This document shows positions 19,101-26,020 of a stretch of DNA of 32,000 nt, in pieces. This stretch comes from Flavobacteriaceae bacterium. Lineage in GTDB: Bacteria; Bacteroidota; Bacteroidia; Flavobacteriales; Flavobacteriaceae. Numbering within the stretch: the stretch's first letter is position 1; every line of letters begins with the position of its first letter. The notes below the pieces were generated by a model. It was not told where the DNA came from, ran no database searches, and saw nothing but the letters and a program-made list of their open reading frames with translations. The stretch covers positions 3,480,001 through 3,512,000 of the forward strand of contig OZ245049.1 in the NCBI GenBank assembly GCA_965224465.1. The letters are read 5' to 3'. Made by a program: the position numbers and the translations under genes.

Positions 19101-19232
19101 GTTGTGAAATATATTTTGGACCAAGAAGAACATCATAAAACAAAAACATTCAAAGAAGAATATTTAGATTTTTTAAAGAGATTTGATATTGATTATAATG
19201 AAAAATATTTATTTGATTGGATAGATGGGTAG
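19101..19232 (+). pseudogene. RAYT 3' cassette 6, identical allele to cassette 2
   Basis: 132 nt, identical by eye to 17751-17882. Confidence 0.9.
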
Positions 19233-19437
19233 AAACAATTAACAGTTGACACCTATGGTGTTAGAATAATATTTGCACCTATGGTGCTACAAACAGTATT
19301 GCTCCTCTGGAGCATACAGTAAAGAATAAATTATAACCACATAATCCTAACAAATATTAGGAATTAGTATGCTTTCTTAATTACGGAATCTGGAGCATAT
19401 AAAGTAGAAGTCCCAGAGGGACAAACTGTTTGTAGCT

Positions 19438-19569
19438 GTTGTGAAATATATTATGACCCAAGAAGAACATCATAAAACAAAAACATTCAAAGAAGATTAT
19501 TTAGATTTTTTAAAGAAATTTGATATTGATTATAATGAAAAATATTTATTTGATTGGATAGATGGGTAG
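19438..19569 (+). pseudogene. RAYT 3' cassette 7, identical allele to cassette 3
   Basis: 132 nt, identical by eye to 18089-18220. Confidence 0.9.
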
Positions 19570-19773
19570 AAACAATTAACAGTTGACACCTATGGTGTTA
19601 GAATAATATTTGCACCTATGGTGCTACAAACAGTATTGCTCCTCTGGAGCATACAGTAAAGAATAAATTATAACCACATAATCCTAACAAATATTAGGAA
19701 TTAGTTTGCTTTCTTAATTACGGAATCTGGAGCATATAAAGTAGAAGTCCCAGAGGGACAAACTGTTTGTAGC

Positions 19774-19886
19774 AAACAAACAAGTAATAAAATAATAATC
19801 CCAGAGGGATGACCTGTTAAATTAACAAAAGGATTAATCTATACATGCAAATATACATTCAAATTGTTTTTACGGTAAAAGGCAGG
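19774..19886 (+). pseudogene. Second copy of the RAYT upstream flank plus the first ~19 codons of a RAYT gene, with the start codon destroyed and the gene truncated
   Basis: AAACAAACAAGTAATAAAATAATAATCCCAGAGGGATGACCTGTTAAATTAACAAAA-GGATTAATCTATACATGCAAATATACATTCAAATTGTTTTTACGGTAAAAGGCAGG parallels 16664-16798. ATGGCT has become AGGATT. Homology stops after GGCAGG at 19886. Confidence 0.85.
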
Positions 19887-20150
19887 TACTACCAAAATCC
19901 AATGCGGGCTTGTTATTAACAGGAAGTTCCGTGCTTTAAACAAAGACCGCCAACATGAACTCTCACCGATGGTAAATATTTTAATTTGAAATAAAGGTAT
20001 TTGTGATACAAGAGTGGGTTTTAAGAGGGCAAAGAAAAAACATAATATAATCTTAGACGAAGTGTTTAACCGAAAGTTTAATTACTTTTAGGCATGGTTT
20101 CAAACCTAAAGATGGTGCATTTTTAATCTCTTGTGTTCTTTATGTAATAC

Positions 20151-20278
20151 CAATTACAACCCAAAATGACCGATATAAATAGTTTGTTTTACGTTCTAGT
20201 GTTGTTTAAAAACAGAATGATAGCTAAAACAAAAAATAATTCTATTTATAAACCGTCACTTGGAAATGTATTTGGTAT
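20151..20278 (+). repeat. Dispersed MITE-like repeat, copy B (short form)
   Basis: caattacaacCCAAAATGACCGATATAAATAGTTTGTTTTACGTTCTAG...AGCTAAAACAAAAAATAATTCTATTTATAAACCGTCACTTGGAAATGTATTTGGTAT. Lacks the ~30-nt internal segment present in copies A and C. Confidence 0.75.
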
Positions 20279-20325
20279 AAACCATTAGAAAAAACATATA
20301 TAATTATACATTTTAAAAACAATAC

Positions 20326-20943
20326 ATGGAGAATTTACTAACATTTTCAATAACTGTATTTACAGGTTTTTTTGCCATAATGAATCCAATAGCGAACGTT
20401 CCTATATTTTCATCGTTGGTTCAAGATGCAGATAGAAATACAAAAAGGAGAATTGCAAAAAAATCTACTTTGATCGCCTTTTTAATAGTTACAATATTTG
20501 TAGTGTTAGGTAAATTTATTTTTGAATTATTTGGCATCACCATACCTGCATTTAAAATAACAGGCGGAATTTTAATTTTTTATGTTGGTTTTGAAATGCT
20601 TCAGTCTAAAAAATCGTCGGTAAAACACCTTAAAAACCCAAGTATTGACGAGAATATTGCCGTTTCACCACTTGCAATCCCTATTCTTGCAGGGCCAGGG
20701 ACAATTGTAACGGCTATGAACTATGTAACTAATGCTGAAATTGTGCATATTGGTATTGTAATTGCGGTGTTTGCATTAATGTGCTTATTAACATATTTTT
20801 TCTTCCTTATTAGTGATAAACTTGTAGAATTACTTGGTACAAATGTTATTTCAGTAATTGCTAAAATAATGGGATTAATAATAGCTATTATTGGTACGAA
20901 TATGATAATTGAAGGCGTAAAAATAGCCTTTAATTTAAACTAA
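20326..20943 (+). CDS. MarC-family (UPF0056) integral membrane protein
   Basis: 205 aa, 6 TM. N-terminal F..F.AI.NPI.N.PIF motif and central SPLAIP.LAGPG motif characteristic of the MarC family. Confidence 0.85.
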   Translation: MENLLTFSITVFTGFFAIMNPIANVPIFSSLVQDADRNTKRRIAKKSTLIAFLIVTIFVVLGKFIFELFGITIPAFKITGGILIFYVGFEMLQSKKSSVKHLKNPSIDENIAVSPLAIPILAGPGTIVTAMNYVTNAEIVHIGIVIAVFALMCLLTYFFFLISDKLVELLGTNVISVIAKIMGLIIAIIGTNMIIEGVKIAFNLN

Positions 20944-20952
20944 GCTTATAGA

Positions 20953-22224
20953 ATGAAATCAAAGAAAATAGGATTAAAAGAAGCAATGTCTATCGGTATT
21001 GGAGGGATGGTAGGTGGTGGTATTTTTGCAGTTTTAGGTTTGGCGGTTTCTTTAGGGAAAGGAGGGACACCTATTTCTTTTCTTATTGCAGGAGCAATTG
21101 CACTTATCACATCGTATAGTTATGTAAAATTATCACTTGCATTTCCTGATAGAGGAGGCACAGTCAAATTTATTAATAAAGGTTTTGGAAAAGGTGTTTT
21201 TAGTGGTGGAATTAATAATTTACTATGGGTTAGTTATATCATAATGCTTTCTCTTTATGCATCTGCTTTTGGTTCTTATGCTCCTAATTTGTTTCAAATT
21301 ACTAGTAGTAAGGTTATAGATTCTCATATATTTTTAAGTGCAATCATTATTTTTGCAACAGCCATAAATTATTACAGTATAAAAGTTGTTGGGAAAATTG
21401 AATCTTATGCAGTAATTATTAAGTTAATCATTTTAATATCTTTTGTTATTATTGGAGCTTACGGCTTATTTGGGAATTCAAATTTAAGTCAATTAGCAAT
21501 TAGTAATTGGGAGTCACCTCTTAAACTTATCTCTGCAGGTATGGTGATTTTTGTTGCTTATGAAGGATTTGAATTAATAGCAAATGCGGTACCTGACATC
21601 GATAACCCGAAAGTTAATATTCCAAAAGCATATTATTATTCAGTCATATTTGTTATTATTTTATATGTAATTATTGCAATTATTACAGTGGGTTCTTTGC
21701 CTTTTAGTAAAATAGCAACTGCTCAAGATTATGTGCTCGCTGAAGCAGCAAAACCTATGTTAGGAAAAATAGGGTTTACAATTATTACAATTGCAGCACT
21801 TATTTCTACTTTTTCTGCTATAAATGCCTCTTTGTATGGAGGGAGTCGAGTGAGTTATGAAATAGCAGAAGATGATGAGTTACCACACGAATTAACAAGT
21901 AAATTATGGGGGCAGCCAATAGGTTTACTTATCACGGCAGTTGTAACGTTGGTTATTGCCAATACATTAAATTTAGAAAGTATTTCGACTGCAGGTAGTG
22001 TAGGTTTTTTATTGATTTTTGCAATGGTAAATTTTGTTGGTTTTAAATTGTCAAAGGAAGTTAATGGGAAAAAGAGCATTCCTCTTATTGGATTTTTATT
22101 GTGTTTGATTGCGACAGTTGTATTGATAATTCAACAATATTCTTCAAATAAAACAGGAGTATTGATAGCTGTTGGAATACTCTTATTTTGTTTTATTGTT
22201 GAGTATATCTACAAGAAAATATAA
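20953..22224 (+). CDS. APC-superfamily amino acid permease
   Basis: 423 aa, about 12 TM. N-terminal GIGGMVGGGIF.V.G motif typical of APC transporters. Starts 10 nt after the marC-like gene, so a likely operon. Confidence 0.85.
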   Translation: MKSKKIGLKEAMSIGIGGMVGGGIFAVLGLAVSLGKGGTPISFLIAGAIALITSYSYVKLSLAFPDRGGTVKFINKGFGKGVFSGGINNLLWVSYIIMLSLYASAFGSYAPNLFQITSSKVIDSHIFLSAIIIFATAINYYSIKVVGKIESYAVIIKLIILISFVIIGAYGLFGNSNLSQLAISNWESPLKLISAGMVIFVAYEGFELIANAVPDIDNPKVNIPKAYYYSVIFVIILYVIIAIITVGSLPFSKIATAQDYVLAEAAKPMLGKIGFTIITIAALISTFSAINASLYGGSRVSYEIAEDDELPHELTSKLWGQPIGLLITAVVTLVIANTLNLESISTAGSVGFLLIFAMVNFVGFKLSKEVNGKKSIPLIGFLLCLIATVVLIIQQYSSNKTGVLIAVGILLFCFIVEYIYKKI

Positions 22225-22346
22225 AAGAAAATCGGTGCACAATAATGTAGTGTTTCTCCAGTCTTTTCCATGTTGTGTTATAGGCAATATTTTAGTTAAA
22301 CCTAATTTTTTATAACAGCACAAATAGAACCGTGTTCGTCAATGAT

Positions 22347-22549
22347 TGATTGCTAATTCCAATTTTAGGGTTCTGCCTTTTTAAATCTGCAAAAAAAATA
22401 ATTTGTAGACTTAATAATAAGTGAGCTGACGTTGAATTTATATGACAGGATACTGTTTTTTGAATTAATATTTTCAATAATACTACTTTAGGCGGATCTC
22501 TAAATTCAAGTAAAATCCAATCAGATATTACGTAATGTGATGTGTGAAA
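22347..22549 (+). repeat. ~200-bp direct repeat, copy R1
   Basis: Aligns by eye with 24574-24775, including an uninterrupted identical block of about 75 nt (CTGTTTTTTGAATTAATATTTTCAATAATACTACTTTAGGCGGATCTCTAAATTCAAGTAAAATCCAATCAGATA). Confidence 0.85.
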
Positions 22550-22769
22550 GACTCTTAAGTACTTAAACCTAAGTTCAGTAAATTTTAAATAAACTTAAAA
22601 TTTACAATTTGATGGTTGAAATAAGAATAACGATAAAATTTATAATTTGAATAAGTACGAAACCCAAAAGTAAGTGTTTTTTGATTTCTTACTATTCTTG
22701 TACTAGACGTTAGTGGTAAGCAGAAAAACTGACTGCATTTTATTTTCTAACATAGTTTTTGTATAATAT

Positions 22770-22780
22770 CCCCCCCCCCC
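22770..22780. repeat. Homopolymeric C11 (G11 on the minus strand) tract in non-coding DNA
   Basis: Read directly: atatCCCCCCCCCCCattag. Very unusual in this AT-rich context. Confidence 0.9.
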
Positions 22781-23191
22781 ATTAGTAATACTATCAATGA
22801 CGGGACTTTGGCTTTTCCAATTTCACTTAATGATATTCAACAGTAGGAGGGACGGTTGCATACGCCTTTCTAATTACTATTCTTTCTCTGCTAAATGCTT
22901 TGATTCTTTTACTAGCATTCGGGTTGAAATAGCTGGTATTGCTTTTTTCAATTTCTTATATCATAATGTTCCTTTATCTAAAAGAAGATATAGAATTGCA
23001 AATTTTCATTTACCTTCTATGGTGTTCGTCGCTAAATGAAAAGGACAGTTTAAATATTCTTCTAAAGTTTTTTATTTCATAATTAACTAGTAATCAGTAT
23101 TTATAGTTAATATATTATTGCTTACTATAAGTGTTCCTACTTGCAAAAGTAAAGTTCTTTCTGTAAATTAGGGACTCTAAATAATAAAATA

Positions 23192-23716
23192 ATGATACTT
23201 AAAAATCAATTAAAAACAGTAATTATTGCTATAATATTAGCTTCGACTATTATGGGATGCGATCAAGTTTCAAAAAACTCAGAAACCGAAAGTAAAAATG
23301 AACTGAAAATTCAAAAAATGAAATTAAATGAAAACAAGAAAATAGTAACTGAATTTATAGATGCTATGAGAACTTCTAACGTGGACAAACTTAAAACAAT
23401 GATAACAGATGATTTTAGTTGGTGGATTATTGGGAAACCCGAATATTTAGCAACTGCTGGAGAACACAATGCAGCGTATTTCCTTGGTTTTTTTAAAGGA
23501 ACTGAATTGTTTCCAGAAGGAGCCGACTTTAAAACTACTTCTATGGTTTCGGAAGGGAATGTCGTAGCTGCTGAAGCCGAATTTAAGGCTAAAACTGTAA
23601 TGGGAACAAATTATGAAAATTATTATCATTTTCTCTTTATAATCGAAAATGGAAAGATAAAAAGAATGAAAGAATATATGGACACTTATCACGCTAAGGT
23701 AACATTTGGATTATAA
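23192..23716 (+). CDS. NTF2/SnoaL-like fold lipoprotein
   Basis: Lipobox ASTIMGC. The mature part has the SnoaL-like layout (N.K.V..F..A...... D...L..... DDF.WW ... YH....I.NGKI....EY.D). Confidence 0.65.
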   Translation: MILKNQLKTVIIAIILASTIMGCDQVSKNSETESKNELKIQKMKLNENKKIVTEFIDAMRTSNVDKLKTMITDDFSWWIIGKPEYLATAGEHNAAYFLGFFKGTELFPEGADFKTTSMVSEGNVVAAEAEFKAKTVMGTNYENYYHFLFIIENGKIKRMKEYMDTYHAKVTFGL

Positions 23717-23785
23717 AATATAGGCTTGTACAAAAACGTGTTGTATATCAAAGTATGTTAAGTTTTTTAAATATAACGAAATAAA

Positions 23786-24396
23786 ATGAAGAACATTTTA
23801 ATACTAAACGCCCATCTTAGATATGAGGGAATAGCCTCTGGTGAATTGAATAAATCATTTGTGAGTTTGGCTAAAAAAACATTTAAAAATAATGGATATG
23901 AAGTTCAGGTTACTACTATAGAAAATGGTTATGACGTTTCAGAAGAAGCAGAGAAACATAATTGGGCAGACCTAGTAATTACGCAGACACCTGTCTTTTG
24001 GTTTAATGCTCCTTGGATTCATAAAAAATATATTGAAGAAGTTTTTGGAGCTATCGGACAACAAGGAAAAATTCTACAAGGAGATGGACGAAGTCGGAAA
24101 GATATAAAGAAACAGTATGGAACAGGAGGGTATGAACAAAAAAAAAATATTTATTATCAACTACTTGGAACGCTCCTAATGAGGCGTTTAATGATGATAA
24201 ACAATTTTTATTTGAAGGAAAATCGGCAGATGATGTCTTAATAAATTTACCTGCGAATTATAAATTTAGTGGTTTTGAAATATTAAAGGGGTTTCATTGT
24301 CATGATGTTATAAAAAACCCTCAAATAGAGAAGGACTTCAAAAGATATAAGGAATATTTAGAGGAGCTGATAAGCTTAGATAAATCAAAATCCTAA
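23786..24396 (+). pseudogene. mdaB: MdaB-like NAD(P)H:quinone oxidoreductase (flavodoxin-like fold), frameshifted in an A10 tract
   Basis: The N-terminal 120 aa match the MdaB pattern (ILILNAH......G.LN ... WADLVI.Q.P..W...PW..KKYI..VF ... DGRSRKD..K.YG.GG). After A10 (24138-24147) the frame in the ORF track gives nonsense. The +1 frame continues KKYLLSTTWNAPNEAFNDDKQFLFEG...HCHDVIKNP... to a TAA at 24394-24396. Confidence 0.8.
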
Positions 24397-24573
24397 TACT
24401 TGTATATGAAGTTGTTATGCTAGTCAGCTAGTACGCAATAAATGTCATTATGTTAGTAACAATCTTTATGATTTTAGATTTATTCGGTTTAACTTATAAT
24501 TATTAGCAATTAGTATATCTCAATAGTCAAATGTAAAGGAAGTTGTGCATGTTGGCTACCAAAGTGCTATTTG

Positions 24574-24775
24574 TGATTGCTAATTCCAACGTTAGGGTTC
24601 TACCTTTTTAAATCTGAAAAAAACAATTTGTAGACTTAATAATAAGTGAGCTGACGTTGAATTTACATGACAGAACACTGTTTTTTGAATTAATATTTTC
24701 AATAATACTACTTTAGGCGGATCTCTAAATTCAAGTAAAATCCAATCAGATAAGGTGTAATGTGTTGTATGCAAG
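24574..24775 (+). repeat. ~200-bp direct repeat, copy R2
   Basis: Same sequence family as 22347-22549, in the same orientation, 2227 bp downstream. Confidence 0.85.
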
Positions 24776-24911
24776 CTTTTTGAGTAAATAAAAGTTCTGT
24801 AAATTTTAATTTTAGGGATAAAAATAGTATTTTTCAAAAAAAATTGCATCCAATGCTAATTGCTAGAGTCACATGAAGGAGGGTTATCTCCTTGTGGTAC
24901 TTATAACCAAT

Positions 24912-25063
24912 AACAATCCAAAATGACCGATATAAATAGGTTGTTTTACGTTCTAGGCTTTTTGAAAAACAGCACGATAGCTTAGTCTATCCTTAGATTT
25001 CACGCCTAGCTAAAACAAAAAACAATTCTATTTCTAAACCGTCAATGGAAATGTATTTGGTAT
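24912..25063 (+). repeat. Dispersed MITE-like repeat, copy C (long form)
   Basis: aacaatCCAAAATGACCGATATAAATAGGTTGTTTTACGTTCTAGG...CTTAGTCTATCCTTAGATTTCACGCCTAGCTAAAACAAAAAACAATTCTATTTCTAAACCGTCAATGGAAATGTATTTGGTAT. Confidence 0.75.
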
Positions 25064-25143
25064 TATTCTGCCCTTGTCTAAAATTATAGGTCAAAAAAAT
25101 AGGTTGTTGAAGGTTTTAAGAGTGATGAGAAATATTAATAATT

Positions 25144-26007
25144 ATGGAAGAACAAACTATAAGTAAACTTATCCCTGCGGTTGTATTACTAGTACTTGGA
25201 ATTGTAGAATCCATCGGAGGATTGTATTTTGATGACAAAAGAACTAAAAATGATTATACGATAGAGCTATTAAGTCTGCTGACACTACCAACATTAATAC
25301 AACCAGGCATATTTATTCTTGTACTTTGGATTATGGGAACTAGTTTTTCAGCATTTGAAGATTATTTTATAGATGCCTCTTTATGGTGGCATATTTTAGC
25401 CTTTCTTTTATTGGATGATATGACTCAGTACTGGTGGCATAGATTCTCTCATGTAAATAAAAGAATGTGGAAACTCCATAGACCGCATCATGTGGTGGAG
25501 GAAATGGGCGTTCTTGTAACTTATAGAAATGCACTCTTGTATTATGCATTTATGCCGGGGATATGGTTTTCGGCTGTTTTGATTTATTTGGGGATGGGCT
25601 ATGTTTATTTATTTTATTTACCCATAAAACTTGTAGTCATATTGTTAGCACACAGTGAAACTAAATGGGATAGAATGCTATATCAGGTAAAAATATTACG
25701 TCCATTGGCATGGATTGTTGAACGTACAATTTCAACCCCAAGCACCCATTTTGCACATCATGGCTTGACATCTGATGATGGAATATCGCATCCTAATGGT
25801 AATTATGGGAACCTGCTTTTTATCTGGGATGTTATTTTTGGAACCTCCAAAATTACTCGGAAGTACCCCTCTAAATTTGGTGCTTGGAATCAACTAAAAG
25901 AACCTTGGTATGTGCAGCTTCTTTTTCCGATTTTCACATCTAAAGATCCTAAAAGTGAACTGTACTCAATAAATTCCGAAAAGGAAGATCCTCCAAGTAC
26001 AACGTAA
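25144..26007 (+). CDS. Fatty acid hydroxylase / sterol desaturase superfamily membrane protein
   Basis: Multiple TM segments plus three histidine boxes: HRFSH (HX3H), HRPHH (HX2HH) and HFAHH (HX2HH). Confidence 0.85.
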   Translation: MEEQTISKLIPAVVLLVLGIVESIGGLYFDDKRTKNDYTIELLSLLTLPTLIQPGIFILVLWIMGTSFSAFEDYFIDASLWWHILAFLLLDDMTQYWWHRFSHVNKRMWKLHRPHHVVEEMGVLVTYRNALLYYAFMPGIWFSAVLIYLGMGYVYLFYLPIKLVVILLAHSETKWDRMLYQVKILRPLAWIVERTISTPSTHFAHHGLTSDDGISHPNGNYGNLLFIWDVIFGTSKITRKYPSKFGAWNQLKEPWYVQLLFPIFTSKDPKSELYSINSEKEDPPSTT

Positions 26008-26020
26008 TTATACCAACTGA

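Larger units (their letters stand above)
17073..19773 (+). repeat. Tandem array, 8.0 units with 337/338-bp period. Each unit is the last 132 nt of the RAYT gene plus about 205 nt of hairpin-rich downstream DNA
   Basis: The TAG stop recurs at 17205, 17543, 17880, 18218, 18555, 18893, 19230 and 19567 (spacings 338, 337, 338, 337, 338, 337, 337). Each unit carries CACC-TAT-GGTG twice, GCTCC-TCT-GGAGC once, and GTCCC-AGA-GGGAC once. Confidence 0.95.
16480..19886 (+). mobile_element. RAYT/REP locus. From 5' to 3': REP-like hairpin modules, an intact Y1 transposase gene, an 8-unit tandem array, and a truncated second transposase 5' end
   Basis: See the component features. Every part shares the same hairpin core (CTGGAG..GTCCCAGAGGGACAAACTGTTTGTAGC) in one orientation. 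Confidence 0.8.

Noticed and set aside
17073-19773. Could the periodic array be a CRISPR array?
   Set aside because: The period (337/338 bp) is about five times too long. There are no unique spacers, since the whole unit repeats. No cas genes are present. Part of each unit is a copy of a protein-coding gene.
16743-19773. Diversity-generating retroelement (template repeat / variable repeat at the 3' end of a gene)
   Set aside because: There is no reverse transcriptase in the window. The substitutions between copies are not adenine-specific (A>T, A>G, C>A, G>A are all seen). There are seven copies rather than a TR/VR pair.
15791-20278. Composite transposon formed by the inverted MITE-like copies A and B
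   Set aside because: The arms are only about 130-160 bp and encode nothing. I could not identify target-site duplications by eye. The same repeat also occurs in direct orientation around another gene. It is kept as a finding about a dispersed repeat family, not called as a composite transposon.
22797-23039. 80-aa plus-strand ORF just downstream of the C11 tract
   Set aside because: No recognisable motif or ribosome-binding context, and an odd composition (Phe/Ser/Arg-rich). The opposite strand is equally broken. Treated as non-coding, possibly degraded DNA.
24592-24849. 85-aa reverse ORF overlapping repeat R2
   Set aside because: The homologous sequence in R1 (22347-22549) does not maintain the frame; no ORF of 60 aa or more is reported there. 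The conservation is therefore at the nucleotide level, not the protein level.
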